Source: a virus. Taken from it: a stretch of 64,000 bases of DNA. The notes under the pieces were generated by a model that worked only from the letters and a program-made list of their open reading frames with translations, was not told the DNA's origin and did not search any database. The position numbers and the translations under genes were made by a program. Location: the IMG/VR virus record IMGVR_UViG_3300028827_000102, positions 32,001 through 96,000 of that record; one strand, given 5' to 3'. Position 1 is the stretch's first letter, and the number at the start of each line of letters is the position of its first letter. This document shows, piece by piece, positions 46,590-56,999 of this stretch.

Positions 46590-46866
46590 TCTCCTTTATT
46601 TCTTTCAATTTATCCAATACTTCTTTCTCTGCTATCAATGCTTCAGCTTTACGTATCTTTGCTTCTATGTCAGCTTTTGCAGATGCGTCTTTGGCCAGCC
46701 TCAACGTGGATGCTACTGCCTCAGATGGACCAGTCTTGCGTACTGCCATAATAATAGCAATACCCAATAATGTAATTATACCTAATATCGCTCCGCTCCA
46801 TATAAGGATCTTTTTCCATACAGGAGCTTTAGCTTTTTCGATACGTTGTTTAGTTTCTTTATCCAT
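46543..46866 (-). CDS. i-spanin-like membrane protein
   Basis: N-terminal TM helix followed by coiled coil. Confidence 0.5.
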   Translation of the reverse strand: MDKETKQRIEKAKAPVWKKILIWSGAILGIITLLGIAIIMAVRKTGPSEAVASTLRLAKDASAKADIEAKIRKAEALIAEKEVLDKLKEIKEIDDEEERAKRLADMF

Positions 46867-46871
46867 AACAA

Positions 46872-46909
46872 TAAAAAGCCGGGTGTGATAAAAACTACCA
46901 CACCCGGCT
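46872..46909 (-). terminator. Intrinsic terminator
   Basis: 11-bp stem AGCCGGGTGTG/CACACCCGGCT followed by a T run on the minus strand, just after the 46916 stop. Confidence 0.8.
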
Positions 46910-46915
46910 ATTCGT

Positions 46916-47425
46916 TTATTGGTCTTCCTCAGTGGTATCTGCTACCTTATCAGCAGAAGCATCTTCTGCTGGTTCATCCTTTTCCTCTTCATCCTCAGAA
47001 ACATCGTCTCCCAACAAGTCACGCTTGCGTACTTCCACAATCTTCTTCACCGTAGCCACTTCCTCATCACTCAAATCACCCAAACGAGCAGCAACTGCTT
47101 CCAAGATAGCGGCAACAATGTCGTCCCATTTAGCATCACTCTTCTGAGCATAATCCTTAAACCAGCTGATAGCATTGTCTGCTACCTTTAGCACCATCTT
47201 GAAGCGTTCGTTCTTGGCCCACTTGGTATAACCAAAAGCACCGAGGATTGTAAACACTAATCCCAGCACACCTGATCCTACCATGATCCAAAACGATGGA
47301 TCTTTATAAGTCGGTGTACCTGCTCCACCTACTGGAGTTGCATCGCTAGTAGAAGCCAACGCTAAGCCAGACGCTACAAGCAAAAAACACACGAAGGAAA
47401 CCATTGTTGCTACAACCTTTCTCAT
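46916..47425 (-). CDS. Membrane protein, holin candidate
   Basis: Signal-like helix plus TM helix, amphipathic helices, acidic tail; next to the spanin candidates; AAGGAG RBS. Confidence 0.45.
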   Translation of the reverse strand: MRKVVATMVSFVCFLLVASGLALASTSDATPVGGAGTPTYKDPSFWIMVGSGVLGLVFTILGAFGYTKWAKNERFKMVLKVADNAISWFKDYAQKSDAKWDDIVAAILEAVAARLGDLSDEEVATVKKIVEVRKRDLLGDDVSEDEEEKDEPAEDASADKVADTTEEDQ

Positions 47426-47445
47426 TTTTACTTCTCCTTGTTTGG

Positions 47446-48201
47446 TTATACGTGGTTATATGTACAAATCCACGTATCTGTTCCATTTATTGTTATTTTT
47501 ACCATCCGATGCAACGTCCATGAAGCATCAGTTGGGCCTATAACAGACCCAGCACCAAAGTCAACACTTTCTGTTGAGTTACTCAAAGACAAACTAGAAA
47601 ACGTTCCCTTTCCTCCTGCTTCTATATTACGTCCTATGTAAACATCTCTAGGACGCATTTTAGTAGAACCACCATCACTGCTACCTATATCATATTCAGA
47701 ATCTTTTTCATATTTAATGTGCGTCCCAAGAGATAATATACTTCCTTTTTCCAGAGAAAACAATACTCTTTCTGTAGTATCGGTATCTGTTGTGATTTTA
47801 AAATAGTCTATAGTCGTGTCGTCTAAGTAACTTATCTTTATCGGTCCAGATGAATGAGATAATGCTATCGAACTACCATCATTATATGCTGCCTGTAGAG
47901 GAAATACAAGACTTCCACTCGTATGAGTATGACCAACACCCCCATTCACCCCATCTTCGGTACTAAACTGAACATTTAAATAGTAAGTACGTAACATACC
48001 CACCATTCCAGTAGAAGTAAGCTCAGCACCAATATAATACATATTTTCGTCTAGGCCAGCTTTTGCTAAAATGTCCTTATAAACAACGGACGATCCTACG
48101 TATGCTACAGGATCAGAAATTGTATCGTAAGATGATAAACTTACCTTTACTTCATATGTAGACGTACCGGCAGAAGATATTGTAGATATGTTAATAGACA
48201 T
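47446..48201 (-). CDS. Putative tail fibre-related protein
   Basis: LQAAYNDG, YDIGS...RPRDVY, VKITINGT motifs. Confidence 0.5.
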   Translation of the reverse strand: MSINISTISSAGTSTYEVKVSLSSYDTISDPVAYVGSSVVYKDILAKAGLDENMYYIGAELTSTGMVGMLRTYYLNVQFSTEDGVNGGVGHTHTSGSLVFPLQAAYNDGSSIALSHSSGPIKISYLDDTTIDYFKITTDTDTTERVLFSLEKGSILSLGTHIKYEKDSEYDIGSSDGGSTKMRPRDVYIGRNIEAGGKGTFSSLSLSNSTESVDFGAGSVIGPTDASWTLHRMVKITINGTDTWICTYNHV

Positions 48202-48203
48202 AA

Positions 48204-48482
48204 TTAACTCACTGCTGCCTCTAAAACATATACATAATGATCTGTATATGTTTTTGTTTCAAGTAAGCCATACGATGATAAACTTACTTCTTCGTCCAGA
48301 CCGGCTATACTAATCACTTCGTGCTCTAAGCCATTATCTGTTATAAATGTTGTAGGACTAGAAAGCGAAGTTTTTGTTTTGATAAATATTTTCAGCTTTA
48401 TTACCTCACCCTCATCTAAAGATGAGGCTATCGCCATATCAATGGTACCACTAGCAACTGGGACGTAATCTATATATTCCAT
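48204..48482 (-). CDS. Small hypothetical (structural operon)
   Basis: Tightly packed ORF. Confidence 0.5.
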   Translation of the reverse strand: MEYIDYVPVASGTIDMAIASSLDEGEVIKLKIFIKTKTSLSSPTTFITDNGLEHEVISIAGLDEEVSLSSYGLLETKTYTDHYVYVLEAAVS

Positions 48483-48490
48483 GATTCTGC

Positions 48491-50020
48491 CTATGCCATT
48501 TTACCAAAAACAAGTAATTTATCGATAGACCAAGACTGATCTATCATTTTTACATCGCTTAATTTGCCTTGCAATCTAAACTGAAATGTCTTTGATTCTT
48601 CAGTCATACCTTCTTGTGGTAGGTTTTGAAATTGGTCTGTTTGAGAGGTACGGTATTGTACTGAAATTATATCAAGTGGTACGTTTCCATTAATTCCCCA
48701 CCCCGTTATAACTATTGGCACATCATAGCTAATCCAGTCAAAATTGACAAAATTGTTGTCTGTATATACATCTAGATTAAATCTATGTATCCTACCATTT
48801 TGATAATCTGTTACAACTAATACATTGGTATCTTGTTCATCAATAGTAACAGTATCTACTAACACACCATACGGTGAAGCAAGAGCCCCAAAAACGTATT
48901 GTGATGGTCTCGTGTACGAACCTATATTATCTTCAAGAGCACGGATACCGTATGTCTTTAAATGTTTAAATGTAACTCCATCAAACTCTTCTACTGTACC
49001 ATTTACCATATTAGCTATATATAAACGTTTGAACCCGCCCACAAGATCACGTATGTATATCTGCTGTGGTGTACGCAGAGTATAGTTTACACCACTTGGT
49101 TCTATATAACGCACGCACAAAGGCGAAGAGCCTGACATATCAAAAGCACCAACTTCGCTGCGTACAGAATTTACCACCCATAAATTATCACCATCATGAA
49201 ATACATCTACAGGAGTATTTACCTGATTATCTAGAACGGCTCCTGTTCCGCTGTAATATAATGGAATACTAGTAAATACGGGCGAATTAACTGTAGATAC
49301 ATCCCAAACAGCCACGAAACCATTTGAAGCTGTGGCTCCAGCAGGTTGACCATCCTCACAGGAAATATATAAAGTATTATTGTTAAATGCCAATCCATTT
49401 GGTTTGGACAAATGTGTTGCGTCAGCTCCAGCATTTCCTACTGTACCTATGGTAGCCTGATGTGTTCCATCATAGGTATATAATAATACAACATGATTGG
49501 TGTAATCTGCTATAGCTATATAATCAGAACCACCCACACTGAATAATATAGCAGCAGAGGGATCTGCATATTCCCCTCCGGCTACATTTGTACCAAAATT
49601 TGGAAACCTTCTCAAAATCTCCATGTCTTGGTTCAAAACCAAGACACCATTAGCTGTACCACCCAAACCTCCATCAGCTAAAAGGTACTTGGCGCCGTCA
49701 CTTTTGGCCGAGGACATATTAAACAGTCTACGCGGAGAATTTATGCTACCTTCTCTGTACTCTGATATAGGTATATCAAAACCTTTTGGCGCAAAAGAAA
49801 TGGTACGTTCTTGAATGTTTTGTGTAAGAAGACCTAAACTGCTTATGATGTCAGAATAGTCGTTGTAGATAATTATATCGCCAGTAAGCGCTTCCACTCT
49901 AGAAGTAACCAAAGACAAGTATGAACTATCTTGTAACAATGAATTTTTACGTATAAAATCTGTATCCTGAACTGCCTGAGACAGCAACAATTTAAAATGG
50001 TCAAACTGTGTTGTACTCAT
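48491..50020 (-). CDS. NHL-repeat beta-propeller protein
   Basis: IADYTNHVV, LSKPNGLA, LASPYGV, VTDYQNGRI. Confidence 0.75.
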   Translation of the reverse strand: MSTTQFDHFKLLLSQAVQDTDFIRKNSLLQDSSYLSLVTSRVEALTGDIIIYNDYSDIISSLGLLTQNIQERTISFAPKGFDIPISEYREGSINSPRRLFNMSSAKSDGAKYLLADGGLGGTANGVLVLNQDMEILRRFPNFGTNVAGGEYADPSAAILFSVGGSDYIAIADYTNHVVLLYTYDGTHQATIGTVGNAGADATHLSKPNGLAFNNNTLYISCEDGQPAGATASNGFVAVWDVSTVNSPVFTSIPLYYSGTGAVLDNQVNTPVDVFHDGDNLWVVNSVRSEVGAFDMSGSSPLCVRYIEPSGVNYTLRTPQQIYIRDLVGGFKRLYIANMVNGTVEEFDGVTFKHLKTYGIRALEDNIGSYTRPSQYVFGALASPYGVLVDTVTIDEQDTNVLVVTDYQNGRIHRFNLDVYTDNNFVNFDWISYDVPIVITGWGINGNVPLDIISVQYRTSQTDQFQNLPQEGMTEESKTFQFRLQGKLSDVKMIDQSWSIDKLLVFGKMA

Positions 50021-50104
50021 ATTTTCACTCGCTATTTCTGTTAAACTGTATTGTTTACAGTACCTTATTGTATATACGTTCTAACGCTTACAGGTACTGT
50101 GCTA

Positions 50105-50128
50105 CCATTAAACATTAAGGTTTAGTAG
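50105..50128. promoter_or_regulatory. Back-to-back late-type motifs sharing TTAA
   Basis: Plus strand TTAAGGTTTAGTAG (50115-50128) toward the TerL/portal operon; minus strand TTAATGTTTAATGG (50105-50118, 1 mismatch) toward the tail operon. Confidence 0.65.
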
Positions 50129-50155
50129 GGACCATCAAGGTTAAGAGGTATAGCT

Positions 50156-50380
50156 ATGCCAAGTTACACAATATTGTTGGACAACAAAGAAATAGAAGTT
50201 GGAGATATTTTTGATACTTTAGACGAAGCTATGATGCTAGCAGAAGAAACACAGAAAGAGATTACCATTCTTAAAAACGGAAAACCGTATTCTAAAGTAT
50301 CGCCACCTCAATACGAAGAATGCGATGACGGTACAATGTATTCTGTACACGATGTTGATAGTATAAATATGGAGCTTTAA
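50156..50380 (+). CDS. Small acidic hypothetical protein
   Basis: GAGG RBS; first gene after the motif. Confidence 0.55.
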   Translation: MPSYTILLDNKEIEVGDIFDTLDEAMMLAEETQKEITILKNGKPYSKVSPPQYEECDDGTMYSVHDVDSINMEL

Positions 50381-50381
50381 A

Positions 50382-50990
50382 ATGAATTTTATCGATGAAG
50401 TAAGAGATAGACTATTGTTACGTTTTCCTCGTACAGCTATAAAAGAAAGAATAAAAGGAACTGACACAATAATAGAATACATCGTGAAGATTCCTAAGAA
50501 TGACGAGTCCGTCATTACGGATGTTATACACGAGGTTGAACCTATATTTCCCTGGTTGAATATAAAAACTAAAAGAACTAAAAAGGGTGCAGTAAAAATA
50601 ACTGCTGAGCCAAAAACCGACGACATACCAAGAAGTACAGATCAGGTGAGACCCATCCCAATTACTTTTTACGTTGGAGATGATGTAATAAGTCTTGCAA
50701 TGGATGGCGATACATTTGCAATTCTCAAAAACGGAGATATTCTGGAAACCGATTTTCCCAGTCCGGGTTTTGCTTTAGGCGCAATGGTAAAATATGTAGC
50801 CGAAAGCATGATATCTCTGGAAAATGATGGATCTATACCTAGCAGCCCAAACAGTGATCTTGTTGCCGGTATGGCAGAACTGCTGGTAGATCTTCCTGAC
50901 GTAAGCAAAGAAGCGAAAAACCATTTCATAAAATTCTACGAAATGGTAACATTAAAAGATTTCGCATCTACCGTGAAAAATGAAGATTAG
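50382..50990 (+). CDS. Hypothetical protein
   Basis: Tightly packed ORF. Confidence 0.6.
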   Translation: MNFIDEVRDRLLLRFPRTAIKERIKGTDTIIEYIVKIPKNDESVITDVIHEVEPIFPWLNIKTKRTKKGAVKITAEPKTDDIPRSTDQVRPIPITFYVGDDVISLAMDGDTFAILKNGDILETDFPSPGFALGAMVKYVAESMISLENDGSIPSSPNSDLVAGMAELLVDLPDVSKEAKNHFIKFYEMVTLKDFASTVKNED

Positions 50991-51471
50991 TGCTGAGATA
51001 ATAGTTGCAGCAGTCAGTGCAATTACTGCATTGGTTAGCCTTTTCTTCTCTTTACGAAAAGAGTCCAGACAGGAGGCAAAAGAGAGAAAGGATAAAGAAG
51101 ATAAAGTACGCAACAAAGTACTAGATATACAAAATAAATTAAATAGAATGCGCGAGGATGTGGACAAGATAACATCTAAAACTAACACAATAAAAGCAAA
51201 TTGTAAAGCACATGAAGCACTATCAAATACGGCTGACATAGAAGAATTAAAAACTGAATTGAGGGAAGAGATAAGTAAAATAAATGCTACTATATCTCGC
51301 GTAGGAGATAACGCCCAAAATACGCGAGAAAAACTTATGGAACGTTATGTTACTAGAGAAGTACATGACAAAGACATGGATAATATAAAAGAATATATTA
51401 ATGCAATGGCCGAGCAGTGGAAATTGGCCGACAAGTTGGCCGAAGCGCTAAAGAGGCGCAACGGTGATTAG
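50980..51471 (+). CDS. N-terminal TM plus coiled-coil protein
   Basis: IIVAAVSAITALVSLFF followed by heptads. Confidence 0.6.
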   Translation: MKISAEIIVAAVSAITALVSLFFSLRKESRQEAKERKDKEDKVRNKVLDIQNKLNRMREDVDKITSKTNTIKANCKAHEALSNTADIEELKTELREEISKINATISRVGDNAQNTREKLMERYVTREVHDKDMDNIKEYINAMAEQWKLADKLAEALKRRNGD

Positions 51472-51675
51472 ATGGAGACCATGATGACAGTAACAAAACC
51501 TAGTAATGACTATGTAGATTATTCTACAGGCGGGCGCACCATTACAGACGTGATAGACATTTACGAAGCAGAGGGGGATAATGTCAGAGCGTCATTGTAT
51601 AAGGTTATGCGCCAAACACTTAAAGACATGCGAAAGACAATTAAAACGCTTCAAGAATTAGTAGAAGACATGTAG
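51472..51675 (+). CDS. Small hypothetical protein
   Basis: Abuts the upstream stop. Confidence 0.5.
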   Translation: METMMTVTKPSNDYVDYSTGGRTITDVIDIYEAEGDNVRASLYKVMRQTLKDMRKTIKTLQELVEDM

Positions 51676-51713
51676 TCTGCCCAGTACATACCACAAACCT
51701 GGCAGAGGAAAAT

Positions 51714-53678
51714 ATGGATAACGAAGAACTTGACCTTATCGCATTGGTCAACAAAGCTATTGATGCAGATTTAGACAGTTCAGTTTTCACTGAAAAAGAG
51801 TTCGATACGGCTCCAAATTCTATAGCATGGTGTCTTGAAAGAAAATACCTCAATGCTTCTGCGACTCCATGGCCCAGACAAATAGAAGTAATAGCAAGAT
51901 TCTTTGAAGATGTGTGTTATTTTTGTAGTGATGTAGAATACGTACATAATGTAAAAGTAGATGACTCAGTAGACGAGTGCTTAGACCGCTTTGTGTTATT
52001 ACAGCACGGAATCTGTCCAAAATGCAAACGAAATAGATTAGAAATGTTGGAAGAATGGATCAAAGATCCAAGATATGCGAAATACCACAATTGGGACAAC
52101 GATATAGTTGTCCGACCAGTACCTCCGAACGAGTTTACTGGTATATGGGGACAACGCTCAGGGAAATCCTTTACCACAGCCTCTTTCATTTGGACGTATG
52201 TACTACACCGATATTTGGCTTTGCCAAGCTTGCCTCGTTATTTCAGGATGCCGATGAACACGGTACTTGAGGCAGCTTTTGTTGCTCCTACTAAAGAGCA
52301 GGTTAATACATATATGTGGCAGCCTTTTTTCAACGCATATGATTCATCTCCATGGTTCAAGGAGATGGTCAGCTATTTGCAAGACGAAGGAAAACGATTA
52401 GGCATACCCACATATCACAGACAGACCACGTTTGTCGCTTTTCCGTACAAACGATTAGTTGTATATATGAAAGCAGCCAGTTCTACCAATCTACGAGGCG
52501 GGACACGTATATGGGCCTCTTTAGACGAATTAGGCTGGTTCAACGTATCTGACAAAGGTTCTAGAAAATCTTATGTAAAAGATGGAACGGAAGTATTTAC
52601 AGCATTAAATAGATCACTGAGAACTGTAAGAAGCAAAGCCAATAGACGTAGAAAACAGCTTGGTGATTTCAATGCTTTAGACGGTTACATGTGTTGCATT
52701 TCTTCGCCTTCTTCGATGACTGATCCCATAGAGCAGAGAGCGGCGATAGCTTCCAGGTCTCCGAGGATGTTTTTCACTAGGTACGCCACTTGGGAGGTAA
52801 ACCCAGACGAAGACGAAGACACAATAGTAGAAGAGGAAGGAGCCGATCCTATTAAACTGAAAAGGGATTACTATGCACAACCTCCAAGGGCGTCTGCTCC
52901 TTTTATCGAACCGTCTGAAAACATCAAAGAATTGATTTTAAAACAAGATAGACCATTATTTTCTTATAGTATCAAGACAGCGGAAGATTCTGATACCGGA
53001 ATACAACTATTACGTCCTGTATTAAACACTATTACGGCAGATAAAGTCACCCCAAGAGTACTTACTGTAGACAACGGAGAAAAGAACAATAGCTTTTCTG
53101 TCTGTTTGGCACGGTTTTTCCCAGAACAATCTGGTGTGGTTTTAGAAGAATTCATCGAAGTATCACCTTACCATGGTCATCATGTAGACATACAATGGGT
53201 ATATGATGAAGTAATAGTAAGGCTAGTAACAGCATACAATATAATACATGTAGTGTATGATAGATGGGAGTCTGCATATGCTATCAGAGACCTTCGTACA
53301 AACCATAATGTCAATGCCTTAAGATACACTTTAAAATGGAAAGAGTTTACTGATTTCAGGAATGCTATAAAAGACAGCAGAATTTATTTCCCACAACCAG
53401 AAGTGGATCCTGAAGATCTGTTAAAGATAAATCCACACGAACGAGCGAAGTATCCAAAAGCGAACTTTCAGGTGCAAATGACTACAGTAAACGAATTTCA
53501 CAAAAAAGTGACTAAACCTGATAACGGAGAGGATGACCTATTTCGTTGTGGTGTTTTAGCTTACTGGGCTATAACTAAACACTCAAAAGAATATCAATTC
53601 ACCAAAGCAAAGAAGAGGCGTCGAAGAGCAGGAGGTTTTTACGGCTCACGACGCTTTTCTTATTCCAGGAGACGGTAA
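51714..53678 (+). CDS. terL: Terminase large subunit
   Basis: GQRSGKS Walker A, APTKEQ, NLRG, LDELGWF Walker B, ISSP, nuclease VDNG...YDRW...EDDL. Confidence 0.88.
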   Translation: MDNEELDLIALVNKAIDADLDSSVFTEKEFDTAPNSIAWCLERKYLNASATPWPRQIEVIARFFEDVCYFCSDVEYVHNVKVDDSVDECLDRFVLLQHGICPKCKRNRLEMLEEWIKDPRYAKYHNWDNDIVVRPVPPNEFTGIWGQRSGKSFTTASFIWTYVLHRYLALPSLPRYFRMPMNTVLEAAFVAPTKEQVNTYMWQPFFNAYDSSPWFKEMVSYLQDEGKRLGIPTYHRQTTFVAFPYKRLVVYMKAASSTNLRGGTRIWASLDELGWFNVSDKGSRKSYVKDGTEVFTALNRSLRTVRSKANRRRKQLGDFNALDGYMCCISSPSSMTDPIEQRAAIASRSPRMFFTRYATWEVNPDEDEDTIVEEEGADPIKLKRDYYAQPPRASAPFIEPSENIKELILKQDRPLFSYSIKTAEDSDTGIQLLRPVLNTITADKVTPRVLTVDNGEKNNSFSVCLARFFPEQSGVVLEEFIEVSPYHGHHVDIQWVYDEVIVRLVTAYNIIHVVYDRWESAYAIRDLRTNHNVNALRYTLKWKEFTDFRNAIKDSRIYFPQPEVDPEDLLKINPHERAKYPKANFQVQMTTVNEFHKKVTKPDNGEDDLFRCGVLAYWAITKHSKEYQFTKAKKRRRRAGGFYGSRRFSYSRRR

Positions 53679-54028
53679 TGAATATAACAAAAACAGTAAG
53701 ACAGGCAGCTATTAAAAGCGGAAAAGATATACCTGAGACAGTTATACGCAAGATAGTATCTACTATTCGCACGGCTGGAGATCTACCTATCGACTTAATG
53801 CTGGATCTTATCAACGAAGAGATCAGCAAATATGGAAAACAGCAACAGAGAACGAATGAAGGAACACAAGAGCACAACGAAGAGACCTTCACCAAGGTGG
53901 ATGCTGCTCTAGAGAATGGTACATGTCCAATTTGCGGACAAAAAATGTCAGACGTAAAACTAGCTGACTATACTCCTGCCAAGTACTGCACTGGAGAGTG
54001 TAGGGTCACTCTATGGAGTAAAGATTAA
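53678..54028 (+). CDS. Zinc-ribbon protein between TerL and portal
   Basis: CPIC...YC..ECRV; TAATG coupling. Confidence 0.6.
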   Translation: MNITKTVRQAAIKSGKDIPETVIRKIVSTIRTAGDLPIDLMLDLINEEISKYGKQQQRTNEGTQEHNEETFTKVDAALENGTCPICGQKMSDVKLADYTPAKYCTGECRVTLWSKD

Positions 54029-54030
54029 TA

Positions 54031-56193
54031 ATGTTTTACCCAAAATACCGTTTCGGAAATTATAGTATGATCAGTCAAGGTAGAAGGCGCACGTCTATGT
54101 TGCATAAAAGAGACAACAAAAAACGTGTGGCTTTTAACGCAGGTACAGGAGGGTTTTTAGGTGCTGGTGGAGGTCATTTTATACCATACACTCCTGTATA
54201 TGAAAGAGCCGAAGCACCGACATTAATAGAAGATTTTCTTCCTACAGACAGGCAGACTCAAAACAAAATATTCCGTAATATTATGCTTTTCGATCCGATT
54301 GCAGGTCCTGCAGTAGATTACTATTGCGACATGACTTTCGGAAAATACGTCCATCTTTCTGGTTTGGAAGACTCTTCTATAATAAAGTTTTACAATGATG
54401 CTATAAAAGCTTCTGGCATCGAGTCTCTTTTTCCCCTTCTACTTAAATCATTTTTGGTATTTGGTAATTATACACTACATCAAAATTGGAATAGAAAATA
54501 CGGCTATTGGGATGGTACTGTTATACATGATCCAGATTATGTAGAGGTAAAGGTAGCGCCTTTTCCTGGAGAAGCACCTATTATAAATCTGCAGCCGAAT
54601 AACGAATGGAAGGAGTGGGCCTCTTCTCAAGATCCCAGGATAATGGAACAGCGCAAAAAATACGATCCTACTATGATTCAGCTTATGCAATCGGGATCGC
54701 CTTTTCCTTTACCCTCTGAGCATACGCTATTTGTACCTCGTATGGCTTTTCCCACAGACTATTACGGCACGTCTTTTCTCACCAGAATACTACCGATAAA
54801 GATATACGAAAAAGCCATCATGGATGCGTCTATTTCAGCTTCAAGAAGATTTGCCGGTCCTACCTGGATAGTTCAGGTACCTGAAGACTACGAAGCAGAA
54901 GAAATACAGGAAATAATAGACAATTTGTTTGCGGCAGAAGAAGACCCAATAGGCAGCAAGGTAGCAGTAAGAGAGGGGGTAACTATTAATCAATTGGGTG
55001 CAGGCGGCTCAAACAATTTTTGGAACATATCTTCTGAGTGGGAATTTATAAAGTCGGTAAAGCTAGCAGCTTTGGGAATTACAGAAGATTTTGTATCTGG
55101 CGGTGCTTCTTATAATTCAATGGACAAGAGTCTACAGATTTTCCTGGAACGTCTCCGGGCAATTAGGTATAAGTTTACGTATGACGTGATTATAAATCAT
55201 ATGATAAAACAGCTTGCTAAACAGCACAAGTTCTTTAAGAAGCCAAAGACAGAGGTTACTCATGGTTATAGAATAGCACGAAAGAACGTGCCAGATTCCG
55301 AATTGCTTATACCGAAGGTAGAGTGGGACAGACCTTTGGAGCCCACAGCCGACGTAGAGTATTTAGAATTGCTAGAACGACTGGAAGAAAAGGGTATACC
55401 CATTCCAAAGAGGAAGTACGCTCAGGTTGCAGGTTACGACATAAATGAAACCTTTGACACAGCGGAAGCGGAGATATTAGACAGAGAGCGTTTGTATTCT
55501 ATCAAGAGGGCTTTGATAGAGCAAGCAGAGCAACTTGGTTTTGATCCTAGCGGCAATTATGTAGGTGAAGATATCATGGCTTCTTCTTTAGGGGGAGGAT
55601 TAGAAACAACTTCACCGACCATGAATTTTTTAGAGGAGGAGCCAGGTTTTGGCAATGGACCGTCTTTGGAGGGTATAGAAAGACCGGAGATACCAGAGCT
55701 GCCAGAGTTACCGGAAGGAATGGGAGCAGCTTTAGAGCGTTCTCGTTTTCCGGCTCCCAAGCAACCTGCTATTTTACGCACAGCTAATTTGGACAATGTA
55801 GCTATTTTTGACGAGGATGGAAAAGCCTATGGGTTACATCGCAAGATGGTAGAGAGGCTAGTGGACATGATAGCCAACGCCAAATCTCTGCACAAGATCA
55901 ACGATATTCTTGTAGAGAACGGGCTTACGCGCACGCAAGCAGAGATAGTACAGTACTGCGCTGCAAGGTTAGGCAAGATCAAAAAGCCGGTCATTTCGTC
56001 CAATACTATTAAGTATATAGAGAAAGATTTACTAGCCAAGGCCGAGCGAAACGGACTACACAAAGATATTTTGACAGAGATGGAGGCTTTGGCCAATATA
56101 GACAGGACAAGAGACGCTAGGACGGTACCGGTTAAGGTACTTACAAAAGATGCCAGGATAGACGATACTCAGGTATTATCTGGCGTTCTTTAG
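54031..56193 (+). CDS. Portal protein
   Basis: 720 aa directly after TerL; DPIAG.AVD, YGTSFL.R, ALG....F.SG.ASY. Confidence 0.75.
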   Translation: MFYPKYRFGNYSMISQGRRRTSMLHKRDNKKRVAFNAGTGGFLGAGGGHFIPYTPVYERAEAPTLIEDFLPTDRQTQNKIFRNIMLFDPIAGPAVDYYCDMTFGKYVHLSGLEDSSIIKFYNDAIKASGIESLFPLLLKSFLVFGNYTLHQNWNRKYGYWDGTVIHDPDYVEVKVAPFPGEAPIINLQPNNEWKEWASSQDPRIMEQRKKYDPTMIQLMQSGSPFPLPSEHTLFVPRMAFPTDYYGTSFLTRILPIKIYEKAIMDASISASRRFAGPTWIVQVPEDYEAEEIQEIIDNLFAAEEDPIGSKVAVREGVTINQLGAGGSNNFWNISSEWEFIKSVKLAALGITEDFVSGGASYNSMDKSLQIFLERLRAIRYKFTYDVIINHMIKQLAKQHKFFKKPKTEVTHGYRIARKNVPDSELLIPKVEWDRPLEPTADVEYLELLERLEEKGIPIPKRKYAQVAGYDINETFDTAEAEILDRERLYSIKRALIEQAEQLGFDPSGNYVGEDIMASSLGGGLETTSPTMNFLEEEPGFGNGPSLEGIERPEIPELPELPEGMGAALERSRFPAPKQPAILRTANLDNVAIFDEDGKAYGLHRKMVERLVDMIANAKSLHKINDILVENGLTRTQAEIVQYCAARLGKIKKPVISSNTIKYIEKDLLAKAERNGLHKDILTEMEALANIDRTRDARTVPVKVLTKDARIDDTQVLSGVL

Positions 56194-56199
56194 GAGCTA

Positions 56200-56742
56200 T
56201 TACAGGACAGAAGACAGTCTTTGGTAGGTCGAGAGGAAGATATGTTCTGCCCATTTAGGGTTATGGCAGCTAATAATTACAATATCTTCATCGGTCATAT
56301 CATTCAGGTTAGGCAAGTCATAGGCCCAACTATGGGTTTGCATCAGGCTGATAGCTTCTATACGCAGGACCATATCATCGGCTAATACTATTTTCTTCGC
56401 GTCCGCATCGGACAATTTCTCCAACCCAAAGAATTCCAGCATACTTTCCCATATTTCTTTTTCTAGCTTTTTTATCTCTGGAAACATGGCTTTTACTGGT
56501 CTAGGCAAGTCACTAATGTAGGCTTCTGTCGCGTCGTGTAAGAGACCATAGTACGCCAAACGTTTGCCCCACAGGTGTTCACACACAGCACTTACGTTTA
56601 CCGAGTGCTCGGCCACGCTGTAAAATCTTTGGGTGTGTCCGTTGAAACGACAAATTTGGCTAAGAGAATGGGCTATGTCATTTAGTCTATAAACTGGATC
56701 GCTGAAGTCATACCATCCACTATATACGGCAATATCAGTCAT
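56200..56742 (-). CDS. HD-domain phosphohydrolase (YfbR/YfdR-like nucleotidase)
   Basis: IAHSLS..CRFNGH...YSVAEHS...LLHDATEAYISD. Confidence 0.85.
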   Translation of the reverse strand: MTDIAVYSGWYDFSDPVYRLNDIAHSLSQICRFNGHTQRFYSVAEHSVNVSAVCEHLWGKRLAYYGLLHDATEAYISDLPRPVKAMFPEIKKLEKEIWESMLEFFGLEKLSDADAKKIVLADDMVLRIEAISLMQTHSWAYDLPNLNDMTDEDIVIISCHNPKWAEHIFLSTYQRLSSVL

Positions 56743-56935
56743 TGTCTTCCAAGCTCCTTAGTACAAGACGATAGGTTCTGTCTTCTATTACTGTGTCTAC
56801 GTGTTCGTCGTCTACGTTTTCTCTAGACCATTCCAAGTCTCTCCCGGTGGCTTTCCACCCGTTTTCTGTTTCCTGAATTTGTATTCGTGTGCTTAGCCAC
56901 ACCTTTCCGCGTTTTACTTTTACTATTCCTTTCAT
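56735..56935 (-). CDS. Small hypothetical protein
   Basis: AAGGAG RBS. Confidence 0.55.
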   Translation of the reverse strand: MKGIVKVKRGKVWLSTRIQIQETENGWKATGRDLEWSRENVDDEHVDTVIEDRTYRLVLRSLEDND

Positions 56936-56970
56936 TTTTCAATCTCCTTCTAAAATTACAACGAAGCGGA

Positions 56971-56984
56971 TTAATTTTTAGTAG
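56971..56984 (+). promoter_or_regulatory. Late-type motif TTAATTTTTAGTAG
   Basis: 15 nt upstream of the 57000 start. Confidence 0.65.
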
Positions 56985-56999
56985 AAAGGGGAAAATTTC

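Noticed and set aside
56200-56742. HD protein as DatZ of a Z-genome pathway
   Set aside because: No purZ or mazZ in the window; motifs fit the common YfdR-like family
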